A stretch of DNA of 64,000 nt, from contig CM102287.1 in assembly GCA_046563655.1 (NCBI GenBank), forward strand, positions 6,758,001 through 6,822,000, given 5' to 3'. A model generated the notes under the pieces. The model was not told where the DNA came from, ran no database searches, and saw only the letters and a list, made by a program, of their open reading frames with translations. The DNA is from Yuukianura sp. NJ FZ-2021. Its lineage: Eukaryota. Below are positions 50,901-64,000 of the stretch, piece after piece. Both the position numbers and the translations under genes were made by a program. Position 1 is the first letter of the stretch; every line of letters starts with the position of its first letter.

Positions 50901-53900
50901 AGCTCCAATACCGTAATTCTCCGATTACATCGATTCAGTGATATGATATCACTGATATCATAGTCTGATGCAAGCGGACGACTCAAATTCTCAACAATTT
51001 TTTTTAAAGTTAAGCTCCCTCGTAAAACTTACGTTTTCCGGTGTTCCGACAAAAAAAAGATAGTTTTCATAAGAGAAGTTCTTCTGTATGTGGGAAACCA
51101 AGGTACGGGCAGAACGCTAGTGTTGTTACACAAAAGAGGCTAATGCCTTGGCTTCTCATTAATTACTAGGCTTAAGAGGTGTGAAATCTTAATTTCATCT
51201 GATGAAATAAGCGTAGGCTTAATGACTAATTTACCTTAATTTCCTTCTCCGCTCCACTCCAGCATAAATCTAACTTTAATGTTTTATTTATTGTAACTCC
51301 TCTCATGAAATATGATTTTGAATAGCGTCTATTTTTTTTTCATTTATCTTGAGTATTTTTTAAATAATCCTACACACACAGTATATTCCGAAATGACCAC
51401 TTGCACTTGCAGAACCACTTATAGAAGTAAAGTGGTGTTTTTGCAGAGCGAAACTGACGTGATAAATGTAATTTTCCGTTCTTAGGAAACTTTTGGGAAC
51501 ATGGTCTCTGTTTTTTTTGAGGATGATTCGGTGCAGTGATCTTGTGATGTGCGATGGACTTTTTGCAATCGAAAGTTGTAAGCAGATGAAAATGGTTGTA
51601 TGAACTCTTCCTACGGAACCTCCGTTAGGATAAGTGGAAAGTGATAAATGCCTGGGCTTGTTAACTTTTTTACGTAAGCTTTTAAGCCGCTTTGCAACCT
51701 TCAACTTCTTTTGTCGTCTCGCATTTGATCTTCAACAACTGAAATACGAGTTGCAAATTTTTGAATGATTTTCCAGCCGATTAATTTTTCTGTCGTAGAA
51801 TTGAAGTTGTTTTGCGTTAGAAATTGAAAAAGGTGCAAGTAACTGCAACTCAAGCTCAAAAGCGTCAAAATTTCAAAAGCTATTTTCAGGAAAGGTCATC
51901 TAGGATCACAATGTGCTGAACGTCTAAATCAAGTTAGTATGCTACTCGACTTATAATTGTACCATTTTAAATCAGTCTGATTTCGTTTTCCCTACATTTT
52001 GACATTGGGCTGCTCTGTAAAAGTTTCGAATGGACACAACAACTGTGGTCATTGTGAGACCATTTTTTGCAAGTTACAAAAAGTAATTTAGGTACCGGCG
52101 CCTTGAGATGGCACCGTGGTACCTCATAACTTTTGTGATTTGTTCAGCAGCATCTTTTTCTTTCTAATCTGAACTTTTTTAAATGCAGATATACATTTTA
52201 TACAACATTATATTTTAATATGCCAAGTGAAAATATATGTGACTAACAAGCAGAGAGAATTGCAGTTTTTGGATGACGAAAGTCAACGTGACAAGCTGAA
52301 ATGATTTTTTAAGAAGTGTGTACATAAGTGTAACCTGTAGAAGGTTAATTAATGTACGACAAAACCGCAATCGCATAAAAATGAAACAGTGTATCAGTGT
52401 ATAAGAATTTGGAGGTAGGAGCGGCGGTTGGTTGTGCATGCCATGTCCCCAATTTTCCACGTGCGAAAACTAATTTTGCTTCATCTTGGGCTTGGCACAA
52501 CCTAGTTACACTTACGGAGGTTCAGTGTATGCTGACCACAGGGTTTTACACAAAAGTCAAAATGTCAAGGGCCGAATGACTTACAATGTCTTTTTAAATT
52601 GGGGCTGATTTGGGGGTAGAATTGGATCTTGTGCAAGGTTTAAGTTCAAATCACTACTTTTCTAAAATCGTTTGAAATTAAGCGCCATTTTTTAGGTGAA
52701 AGGAGTCATTTAAGGGAATGTTCCTTGGTGAGACGTCGTTGAAGGTTTACTTTGATAAAGGTTTCCTTTCTGTTAACCAACCCTAACATGCTGAGCAGTT
52801 TTTGCAGAGTTGCTAAAATGTAAATAATGCTCTAAACTTGTGTGGTTTCCAAAGATTGTCAAGTTAGGTTTTGGGATGATGATGATGAGGAGATTCCCTT
52901 GTTTCTTTGCCCTACTCTCCACTGAGACTCTCACTCACTGATCTTTAATTTAACAAAAGCACGGCCTGGTTTGTAATTCTAATGTGAAGAGGTTGTACAC
53001 TAGAATACAAGTTTTCGTCGGCAGTCTTTAAATTTCTAAATGCTTTTCAACTTAACTTTTTAAGGGAAAATTATATCTTGTCAAGGTAGCCTAAAAGTCA
53101 TTTGGACTCTTAAGATTAGTAAGCCAGGAAGAAACAAAAATTTATTCAAGGTTAATAGATTGGTTTTGGCTGATTTTCTCGAAGGTGAGGGTGTTGTTGT
53201 TTTGGAGTCGCAAATTACTAATTTAGGCCTCTTTTCTTTTAACACTATTCAAAACTCGATAGCCTTTGGCATTGAATAATGTACTCAGAAAGTAAAGCGT
53301 AGCGTTTACAGTGTACGAAACGCAAAAAATCATAAAAAGTGTGTTTTTGTACATTGTTGTTTATTGTTTTCGATCCCGGATTCCGGATTTGAAAAAGTCC
53401 TATTCAAAATCCCGATTGCGTCACTCTAGTCTATTGCTGAAACCACAGACGATGCTAGATTACTGCGTTCACTAAAATCTATTGTTACAATTTAACCAGA
53501 ACTGGAATGTAGCCATATTTATGTTAACTAGTAAATGCAAACTATGTAAACTGACATAATTGTTTTTTGGTAAAATTTTATTTCAAAAAACAAGAAAAAA
53601 AAAATCAGACTCACTCTCTCTCCTCACATCAAATCATGCAGCGTTTTTTTTTGTTGACATTTGTTTTGATATCATTTGTCTCGTATAGTGAAATGCTTTG
53701 TCTTATTTTTTGTTGAAGTTCTTGCTGAAGTTGAAATGGACAGATTTGATTGAAATTAATGGATGGGGTTTGAAATTATTTTCCGCAATGACGAAAATTT
53801 GAGTGTCTATTGCCATTGCCACTATGATGCGATGTGGTTTATTGTGGGTGAACGTGTGTGGACGTTTGAATTGGGTTGATTTTTGTATTCGTTTTGGAAA

Positions 53901-54334
53901 AGTTTTTCGTTATTTTTTTTTTTTTTTTTTTTGCAACGGAGAGCCAGTTTTTGTGAGCGAATGAATCAAACCGCAGACCGGATCCACTTATGGACGCTTG
54001 TTAGTGTTAGAAAAATACCTGCGACAACTGTCAGTCAATGAGGATGATATTGTTGCAGTCAATCATCACAAAATAGCCAGTCGGAAGTGACATATCATAG
54101 GGATTTTGCATAATGGAAGAATAGTTCAATGTCATGGATGTCACGGCTCCATTTACTTGTTGACAATTGACCCATCGGGAAGTACGTAGCTACTTCATTG
54201 TCTGCTGAACATGTTCAAAAATCAACATAACATGTGACCTTTTGGTCGTCATTAATTGATGATTTCAAGCTATAAATTCAAATTTTAACTCTACGGGAGC
54301 TCGTGCAGTTTTTGTCAATTGGTACAACTGGCAC

Positions 54335-54603
54335 GGTTCCATGCCATTGTGTCAATTGAATTGTATCAACTGCCATTGCATCAACTGAATTGTGTCAATT
54401 TGAATTGTATCAACGCTCAATTGTATCAACGGCTACTTGTATCAACCAACGTAACCTAACCTAACCTAAGCTAAATTAAGCATTACACTCGTTGATACAA
54501 TTAGTCGTTGATACAATTGGTCAGTTGATACAATTCAAATTGACACAATTCAGTTGATGCAATGGCAGTTGATACAATTCAATTGATACAATGGCGTGCT
54601 ACC
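54335..54603. mobile_element. Mutator-like foldback MITE with CCTAA (TTAGG) core and 8(9)-bp TSD
   Basis: actggcac is duplicated at 54327-54334 and 54604-54611. The long arms are built of attgtatcaac/gttgatacaat units and the loop contains aacctaacctaacctaa. Confidence 0.85.
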
Positions 54604-55778
54604 ACTGGCACTCCCTGTGCGTCATTATCAGGTAAACAGCGCATGTTGTGATGTACTGATTCAAGTCATCTTGATCATGCACAATTACCCATGACATTGA
54701 AAAACAGTATGGGGAGCCGGAGTAGTTGTATGTCATATTAATGAGAAATTTGCATTTGACCTCCAGAACTAAACCGTCAAAGTACATATTTGGTGAATTC
54801 GACCGATAGCATAACACACTCGTAACCCGCGTCTTATGCATATTTTTCGGATCAAATTAGAATCAATTCTATATTTTGCGCATGCCGATTTTACATATTA
54901 CAAGAATAAATATAGCATCAATAAAATAAAAACATTTATCGTTATTAAGACAAAAAACGTTTAACGATGCCTATGCACTCGGGAACTTGACATTCCAATA
55001 AAAAGTTTTAATGCAAAAATTGTGTTGACGAGATGCTGGATTAATGTTGCTCTTGCTATGTGGTAAAAATTGTACGAATATGAAAGCATTGACACTGGAA
55101 CTTTTGAATGTTCGTTAATGTACGAATTTAGATAAATTATGGCCAATGTGCTCGTAATAAAGCGGCATTTGATGGATGCTTTTATTACGAGGGAGCATTG
55201 TTATAGTCGAGTGCAATTCCTTGTGCTCAGGAATGACGTAGGGGATAAGTGGGTTACGTAAATTGGATCATGTTATAACAGAAGTGTTAAGCATTTACTG
55301 CATGTCATTGTCATCCTCTCGTATTAAGAGCATCTTGAGCGTTTTGCAAAACCTGCAGTTTTGATTTGGTTTTGCAAAGTCACAAGGACGTTGGTTGAAG
55401 ATTCTGACAAGTATTATTTTATCTTGACCTGTCTTAACTTTTAGTGATTTGTTTCACATAAGATGAATTTGGGTCACGTGAATTTTAGGTCAAGTGATGT
55501 TTATGTAGGCTAGAGTAAAACAATTCCAGGAGCTGTGACATTGACGTCATTCACTGTTGGTGACATGTTGAATCAGTGAAAGTATTCTAGTGACATGGAG
55601 TAAACCGAAGAAAGTTTTTTTCACTTTTGTGCAAGTTTACTGTGAGCTCCAGAAAATTGTCTCTGATTTGCTCCAGCCAAGCACAAGCAAAGCCGGAACC
55701 ACGTCAAGAATATTGACGTCAGCCAGAGAATTATTAAGTGAGTTTTTCTAATGCCCGAATTCTACATTTGCTGCATTT

Positions 55779-57075
55779 TAGTCTTCTGGAGACGCACGTC
55801 TACGACGTGCTGAAGAAGACTATTGATACGACTTTGTCCGTCTGTCTGTCTGTCCGTCCGTCTGTCACGTTTTTTAGGACTCATTGCACTGAAACATTAG
55901 CCCCATCGCAGTCGGGGGGTTATGTTCGGCTCAAACGTTTTCATTAGCTCTACATTGCACTCAAAGTGTTAAATTAACAACGTAGAAGCAGGCGGCTACT
56001 TTACGTACCCGCAGTATCGTGGCTCCGCAAAACTGTTTTGGTTTCGATTGCACTCAAAATATTTATAAACAACGGAGTTTTGATCTGGTCATTTAATGGC
56101 AGTATGTTTAATTACGTTGTTAAATTAACACTGATCAGAGGGTAGAAAATCCGGCTTAAATGTTTAGCATGTGAATAGTGCATAACAGGGGTCAAAGTTG
56201 CATTTACTAGAAATTTTTATAATTTCGAATTTCACAAGCGATATCCGACCCCTCGAGCCAGCGTTCATTTTTGTGCATGACGCATACTTATGACCAACAG
56301 GGATACAAAACGTTGAATTGTGCATTTACATAAACCAATTTTGATTTAGAAGAAAGTATATCCGACATCCTCCTTAGCGTTCAATTTTGTGCATGATGCA
56401 CAAAGCTAAATTTCGATATCATTATTTTGACGCTGTTAGGTTCACGCTCTTTTCGCTATTCGCTAATACTACATTTCCATGGCAACACAGAAAATACATT
56501 CTTGTGCATCTTGCTCAACGCATTAATGACATCAATTTAGTGCAAATATTTTGGGGCTCAAAACTCGAACATGATTTTAGTGCATTTAAATGGTAGCATT
56601 GCCAAACCAGTTTTGGTGCAACGCATGCAAAAAGCAAGACCTCACATTCGCGCTGAAAACGAGCGGCGGTTTGGTACATTCGCTACATGAAAACGGTTTC
56701 TCAGTTTTTCTACAGTGTTGACGCAGGTCGGTTTAAGTCGCATCAATTGCCAACTCCCTCCAGAAGACCAATGCTCAACCCTTGAGCATCGCCCTACCTT
56801 GTTTCATTTTTGCGAGGCTTCTTCTATGAATGAATGTTTGAAATGGGCACTTTTACTTTACATCCCTGTCTTTCTGTTTCCAGTTTGTACATGAATTAAA
56901 TAATTTTTGTTAAAGAGTTGCAAAGACTGTGGTGACATTCATCTTATTACCTTGAGAAATTCATCGCAAGATTTGTCTTGCAAAAATGAAGTTTTCCTTA
57001 ACGCAACAGCTTTAACAGATGCCTAAAAAAGTGAGACAAAGTCGCCTCCGTCTAGGTCTTCGCACTCGCAGAATT
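55779..57075 (+). mobile_element. DINE-1/Helentron-like element (second family)
   Basis: 5' hairpin tagtcttc..gcacgtc-tac-gacgtgc..gaagacta, followed by a GTCY tract (55835-55866). cgactttgtc (55829) is inverted as gacaaagtcg (57035). Internal direct repeat at ~56240/56358. The right boundary is approximate. Confidence 0.5.
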
Positions 57076-58646
57076 TCTTAACCTCATTCAGCTTCTTTGA
57101 AACTTTCCCAATGACTTTCTTCTTTTGTACATTTTTACTCAACTGTTGAGTAAACTTTTAAATTAAAAGGCAGAGGAAACAAAACTTCAATTAGGAAAAA
57201 AATCTAGTGCTACAAAATGTGAAAGTTCTGGAAAAGTACCAACCGAAGTTATTCACAAAATGAGAAACAATTTATGTCAATTAGAGTTTTGGTTTAGGAA
57301 GCATTACGTTCATTAATTTGAATTCATTAATACGAATTCGGAGAAACCGGAGCGGATTTTTTTTTTTTGAATTTGCTCAAACTGCCCTTGGAATAAACCT
57401 GCTGCATAGGTGCTTTCCATCCTCTGTTTTTTGACGTAAAGGTTCTGATCAAATTGGGATTCGGATGGCCCAGTGGCCCATTTCCCTTTTGCATGTCTGA
57501 CGAGTTAAAGGTTTTAGTTTATTTTTTCTATTTTAGCACCCATCGTCTGCCAATTTTCTGCACATTTTCAATGTCCAGATTCGTCTTGCATTGATTTTGG
57601 CACGAAAGTTTGTACTATTATACTGATACTACAATGTTTATGAATGAGCGTGACGCGGAGATTTTTGGCTGACGACCGGATTTTAAAGGTTCCGTATCAG
57701 TTTCCTTTTTCGGATCGACTGGAGGTCTTGAGACGTCCTTCCCGGGTAACGCGCGTTCTTGCGGATGAAGTTGCAAAACCGGGTAAAAGCACCACGAGTT
57801 ATGCAATATTCTTGTACTATGGCTGATCACGTAAGGAGTTAAAGGCGGATGGGAAGGAAATGGGGTTCCTGGGTAGTTCTGTTGCCAAGATGAAGGAATG
57901 TGGTCCACATCTTCTGCCAGAACGAGGCTTTTTCATTGGTAAAGTTAAATAAGAATGTGTGCACAAAGTTTTTTGGCGAGGAGATGCGGATCTTAGGAAT
58001 TATGTTTCCCATGTGCAGAGATCCTGAGAAGTGGGATTCTGATTCTGATGATGAGAGATGCAGTATGCAGAGAGCCTTAAGTGTCTTTTCGACTGATGGG
58101 AAAAAGTTTTAAGAACGCAGAGTTAAGACACGAGTTAGTCCCACAGGTTTCTGTGGCCCAAAAAAACAAATTCCAATTTGCAACTACTTACTAAATCATC
58201 CTTTTGATAACTCAAAATTTTTCAATTTCCGTAAAGCTTTTTAACTGTAAGTGGATTTAATTTAATTTGGAAGAAATGTTTCAAATGCGTAGGCGTTTAA
58301 GCTTGATTTGAAACAACAAGAGGGAATAAGGCTAAAGCGACGTGCTGTGCTGCAATGTTCAAGTGTTTTTAGCAAGCTTTTGAAGATTTTTTCAATTTCA
58401 AAAATCTTTTTTTGAAGAGGTTTTTAGAACAATAATTGAGTGGATTGAATCGACTTATTCTTAGAATCAAGGAAATAAATTTCAATCGAGCAGCATTCGG
58501 CCGTGGAAATCTTTCATCCACTTCACTTTTGTTTGGCAACATTGTGTTTTTTGCCCATGTTTTATAATCGATGGAATGAAAAGGCGATTGGGTACGAAAG
58601 ATGAAGTTGACTGCTATACTTTAGGCTTTAGCTTAATTTTCTGCTA

Positions 58647-59242
58647 AAGGGTATGGCCCAAAGTCCATAAGAAAGTTGTCCCGGTGATATTCGAATGAAA
58701 TTTTTACCAGTTGTTAGGGTCAATGCTGTGATCATATGTGCAAATTTTCAGACCCCTAGAAACAATAGGTCACGGTTAATGGGGGGTCAAAGGTCACCAT
58801 GTCATCCTATGACAACCCCATGCATGTAGCATATCATTGGAAAGCCCTTGACCTCCTGATTCAGAAAATGTATATATGTCACTATCTACGACGTAAGACA
58901 ACAAAGTTACTACCTACAACATATCGCAGTGGGAAATTGGAGAGCGATTGCGACATGGGTTTCAAGATTAAAGTCGCAGTAACTGTGTTGTTTTACGTCG
59001 CAGATAGCGACATATATACATTTTCTGAATCAGGAGGTCAAGGGCTTTCCAATGATATGCTACATGCATGGGGTTGTCATAGGATGACATGGTGACCTTT
59101 GACCCCCCATTAACCGTGACCTATCGTTTCTAGGGGTCTGAAAATTTGCACATATGATCACAGCATTGACCCTAACAACTGGTAAAAATTTCATTCGAAT
59201 ATCACCGGGACAACTTTCTTATGGACTTTGGGCCATACCCTT
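58647..59242. mobile_element. Large foldback MITE, ~260-bp arms, TA target duplication
   Basis: aagggtatggcccaaagtccataagaaagttgtccc.. is mirrored by ..gggacaactttcttatggactttgggccataccctt. TA at 58645-58646 and 59243-59244. The outer ~230 bp are nearly perfectly complementary. Confidence 0.92.
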
Positions 59243-62200
59243 TAATGGAACAATAGAATTTGGATGAGATGATTGAAGATCCGGGTCGGCATATGTAACT
59301 AACTGCGTACTAGGTCCTTATGGAAATTTGCTGGAGACGATGATTGTCATTTATAGTGGTTTGGCAAGAAAGATTTCCATTATAAACTAGATCTTGATTC
59401 TAATTGGTTTTGGTTGTAGCTTAGGGATATTGTTATAGTCCTCGTAAATTGTGTTGATGTTTTTCAAAACGCGATTCTTTTTTACAAAAAAGGCGAGGCT
59501 GACACGCGGATTTTTTTATGCAAGGGCTGCTGGACAAAAAAAAATGAACCAAATGAATTCATCTTAATGGAATTTATGGACCCATTAACTTTTTAACTTC
59601 GAGTTAAAAAAAGTTAGAGTTGGGCGGTGCCTGTTTATTTGCCACAATATGTGCTATTGGAAATTGAGATCTTGCATAATATGTTGGAGTTCTGGCTGCG
59701 GCCCAAGTACAACAGCCTACCGCCTCCAGCTAGGTCGCGTTTTTAGTTTTTTTAAGGTCACGGATAGTCGTCGATTTTTGCACACTGATTGGCAGACTAA
59801 GATTTCATCAGTTGAAAGTTGTTGGCAAATGTTTCCACTTACTAAGAGGTACTAAATGTTGTGCGTCTTAGCTAAAAAGTGTCGAAAAATGGTAACACCG
59901 GAATAGGGAAGTTACAAATTATGGCACGATTTGCCGCTTGTTTGCAATTTCGCGTAATAGCGGAATTGGTAGTAGTGTTGGCACATGCAAAAAAGATTTG
60001 GCACTGAGAATGTTGAATTACGAATGCTTGATCTGGTTAATTAGAGGGGAAGAGGATGCTGCATTTGAGATGATTTCGCAATAAGCGATGAAGTACTAGA
60101 CGAAAAGTGAACCAATCTCATCATCTTCTTACAGAATTAGTTCCTAACTGGATTGACTAATTCCAAGAGACTGATGAGATGACCATGTAGTTGAATACTT
60201 AATTGTTGTTGTTGAAATGGTAATGAATGAAAGTAAATGAAGTTGTAATTGGGATTTCATGTTCTATCCGACCTCTACGATTTACCCTAGGTTCTCAAGT
60301 TAATATTATTTTCAGAAGTGAAGTGGATTTCATTTCTAACGATAATGGAAACATGACAATGTACTAATACCTGTGTGTCTATATGTCTAAAAACATTTCT
60401 ATTTAGCATCGGAATTTTGTGACAGCGATGACGGATATCATATTTTGCTATGATTGAATTTACTCTGTTTTGATTCAATTTGTATGGCCAATACGCTTTC
60501 ACATTCCTTTCTGGAAAATGTGTGCCAAAGGCCTCATGTTCCAACGCGAACTTTTTTTTTGTACAGGTTTGAAATTTTAGTAATTGAATTTGCACGCGCT
60601 TTTGGCGGTGCTGCGATTAAGAACAAAGTTGGGTGATGGAGTTTGTAAGTGTGAATTATGTCACCCAACAGAATTGTGAACATTTGTGTCCTGATTTTGG
60701 CGTGGAAGTGAAACTGGTTGAGTGTTGATTGTTAAAGGCGATGAATGCTGCATAAAGCGTATCGTGCTGAAATGGGCTGAATGAAACTGGTCTTCTTTTG
60801 ATGGTAAACAAATTAAATGGGCTTCATCTGGCGAAGTTTCGCAAAAGTTGAAATTCTAAGTAGTTTGCCTATGCTAAAACTAAAGCGTTGCGTTGCGGAA
60901 TTTTAGGCTCCAATCCACATAAATACGAATTCTTGGTTAATAATTTCTTTCAAATTCCAAAACGTTTTTAATTTTTTTAACAACATTTTGAGTAACAGGG
61001 AACACGTCACTTTGATTTGTGCTTACAAATAATTTACTTGGAAAATGTTAATTTTTCGGAATCAAAAATTTCAAATTATAACTTTCACATTTTCCAGCAG
61101 CTGAATTTTAAATAAAGTGACACTAATCTTGATGTCCTGAATGCACTACACCAATTGACGTAAACCTCGACGAATTTTTTCAATTTTTTTGACTTCGAAT
61201 GTCAAGTACTTTGTTTTTCTTTTTTGCAAGAAGCCCACGTCACTGTTAATCCGAAATGCTAATTAAGTGCGCCAATTTGCATGGGTACTGAAATCAATGT
61301 AATTCTTCAGTTTTTATAACCCGCGAGTTTGGAAAGTCCTATTTGAAAGAGCGACTAGATAACGTGCAAAACGAACATTAATGTATCACCTGTGGATAAG
61401 TGTTGCGAGGCATGCGTTCCACCAATGAGGAGGTGTGAATTTTGACATCACTTTTAGGTATGTTCGTAGGTTATGGTGTGATAGAGTGTTAATGTACTTT
61501 GATAACCTTAATAACATTGTGATTTTACAGAATCGGTAGCAGCCGTAACCTTAACCTATTAGGGGCGTTAGAGACTAAAATTCAATTTAGCTGGAATTTG
61601 AATTTCTATTAAAAAAAAACTGTTGAATAGTCCGTTTCAAACAATTTCATCAGGGGCGGAGTTAAACGTCGTAACGACCAGGGGCCAAAAGGTGAAAGCG
61701 TTCGTTCCGGTGTACAGGTTGAATAGGCTGGGTTTTTATTAATATTTGGGTTTTTTTTTTTGTAAACTTCAAAATCATCCCTGGGTTTTTATTCTACGAG
61801 TCGACTGACAGAAAACTGTTGTCATTTTGAAATTAGTTGGCGACTAGAAACAAACTAGAGAGTGACACTGACATCACAGTTGATTTTTTAGAAACGTTTT
61901 TCGAATGCGGGAATTTTCAGGGAAAACTTTTTAGAACAGACAACAAAGTGACCTTATTTTTTATTTGGATAAGCAAAACCAAAATTTCCCACAACTGCTG
62001 ACCGCTGGATTCAGCACTTGGAAATTTCGGGATCAGGTACCAAAATTTTTTAAATTTCAAAAATAAAAAATTGTGATGGAATGAAGGCCGCTGTTTAGGG
62101 TAGGGTAGGTTGTGACCTTTAGCATAGGCCAAGGCATACGTAAATATAGAATCTGTTCCTAATTTTGTGAAGGTCACCAGCTTTTAAGTTTATAACAAGT

Positions 62201-64000
62201 GCCCTTTTTCCTGAAAACTGTGACAAGGGGATTCCCCTAAAAACGTATGCTTTGCTTAGGGGGCCCTTACCTAAGATTAGGCCGGGCTCCTTTTATTTTT
62301 AGATCCGTGTTACCAAATTTTCTTTTGTTATTATGAGACTGTTTTGATGTCCTTGAAAATGTATTCCCGTAAACGTCCTTTAGGTCTGGTGACTTGGTTT
62401 AAGATTTTAAGACAGAGTACCGTACATTTCCAAATGGTAAACCGTGTCCGTATGAGTACTCCTCCTTCCCTCAAAGACCAACGAGAGGATTACTATCTCC
62501 GCGGGTACTTATTTGAAACTGTACGGTATTGGTCTAAAAATTGGTCCTTGGAGGAAGTCCATTTTTGTACTTAAAAGGATCCCTGACTTCTTGTTGTCAA
62601 CCCTGACTTCTACTTTACGATCAGCAGAAACTTAATGATTCGAGAGATAGGGCCCTTAGCCTACAAAAAGTGTGTAATTTAGACTGTAACTGATGATTTC
62701 AGCCAAAAATTGAGGCAGTGGAATAGTAAATGCTGTTAGAAAGTGCAAGAATACTAATGAAAGGGAGTGTGTCTGCTCCTGTATGGTGAGATGGTTGATT
62801 GGAAGATGCAGTTTCCCTTGACATGGAGCCTTGAAATGATCTACAATTTTCGTTCCTAATTCCTTGCCGCGTCTTTCCGCAATTCCGTCTTGAGAGAGAA
62901 ATATATTTACTTCCCCCACTTGCTGCAAGCAATCTGCATAACGAACGTTCTGTTATCGTAGTTGCTGCACCCTCGATATTTGCCTGTGATCTTTGGACAT
63001 TGGAGGAAGATCTTACCTTGTCACGTACTAATTGTTTCAGATCGATTAATTAAAATTGATTGTGTTCCTTGCCTTGTAAAAATGCGATGTGGTTTGCACT
63101 GAAACTTTTTTGGGAGTGCTTAAAAAGTGTTTAATTGGGCACAGGGTGCGCAACACAGTTGCAATTTTTGGCGTATTTAAACTGTTTTTGAGCAGATCTC
63201 GTCTTGCACGTCTCGCCGCGTGCGTATGGGTTGACGTGCCTCCAATGTTTTTCCATAACTCGTTTTGCTAGACTAAATTTTCTGTTTGAGTTGCAAAAGT
63301 GAATGCGGATGGAAAAGGATAAGGTTGTGTTCGTGATATGATACTTTATTTTTATGTTTTGGAAATGAATGGAAACGGGACTGATTTCACTTGTTTGGCG
63401 TATTTATGATCTTGGGAAGTTATCGGTGAAAGAATCAGAAAAGAAAACATGAGCTACGGTGCTTTTTGACCATTTAACCTCTACATCAAGTGCTGTCCTA
63501 CAAGTGTGTTATCATTAAGTGCAATTTTGTGCTGCCAATTTAAGTTTATGAGCCATTATTGATTGAGGGGCGGTGAATGTACAATAATACTCGTAAAGGT
63601 GAAAGACAAGTTCAAGGAAGATGGGCGAATTCGAAATGTGTCTCTCGCATGGTATGGCACGAGCGAAAAAATTAGGTTTGCTTTGCGAAAGAGTCGAAAA
63701 TATTTTAGAATTTAAAAAAAATTTCTTTTTAACATTGGAATTGTCACAGAAGATCGTTTGTGACAATGTTAAAAATAAAATAAAATTCCAATGTTAAAAA
63801 GAGCCTACGTGTAACTTGGTGTATAACCGAACTTTTTTTCTTTTTCAAAAATGTATTTTTTTTGTTTAAAAATGTAGAGGAAAGTTATTTTGTTTGATGT
63901 GGACAGTGTGTGGTTGACTTTTCATAATTAGTGGTCAGTGTCAGTGTGTGAAGTGGGGAGTGACGGATGTTTCTGGAATTAGCAATTTGTACGTACAAAG

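Noticed and set aside
57644..58112. GC-richer tract with short ORFs
   Set aside because: Stops in all frames and no recognisable domain.
58799..59095. 98-aa ORF
   Set aside because: It lies wholly within the foldback element and has no transposase motif.
62250..62665. Possible degenerate MITE between gggccctta motifs
   Set aside because: The arms are too eroded to define TIRs or a TSD.

Overview
Eukaryotic, AT-rich animal DNA with short GT-AG introns. TTAGG-type motifs suggest an arthropod (inference). I see no prokaryotic operons, rRNA, tRNA or CRISPR. Two genes can be supported: a complete 8-coding-exon GDAP2 orthologue (Macro + CRAL-TRIO, +, 38750-42807, 526 aa) and a divergently oriented multi-pass membrane protein gene (-, 35445-33261). 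The first intron of the second gene appears to be made almost entirely by a TIR transposon that supplies the splice donor, and its last exon has a 1-nt frameshift in a G13 run. The right half (34-60 kb) is dense in non-autonomous elements: foldback MITEs with TSDs, TTAGG-cored Mutator-like MITEs and DINE-1/Helentron-like elements. The left ~32 kb has no recognisable gene. It carries large interleaved inverted duplications with patchy identity, a dense AGGTCA nuclear-receptor half-site cluster and traces of older diverged repeat units. Most listed ORFs are judged spurious. All alignments were done by eye.
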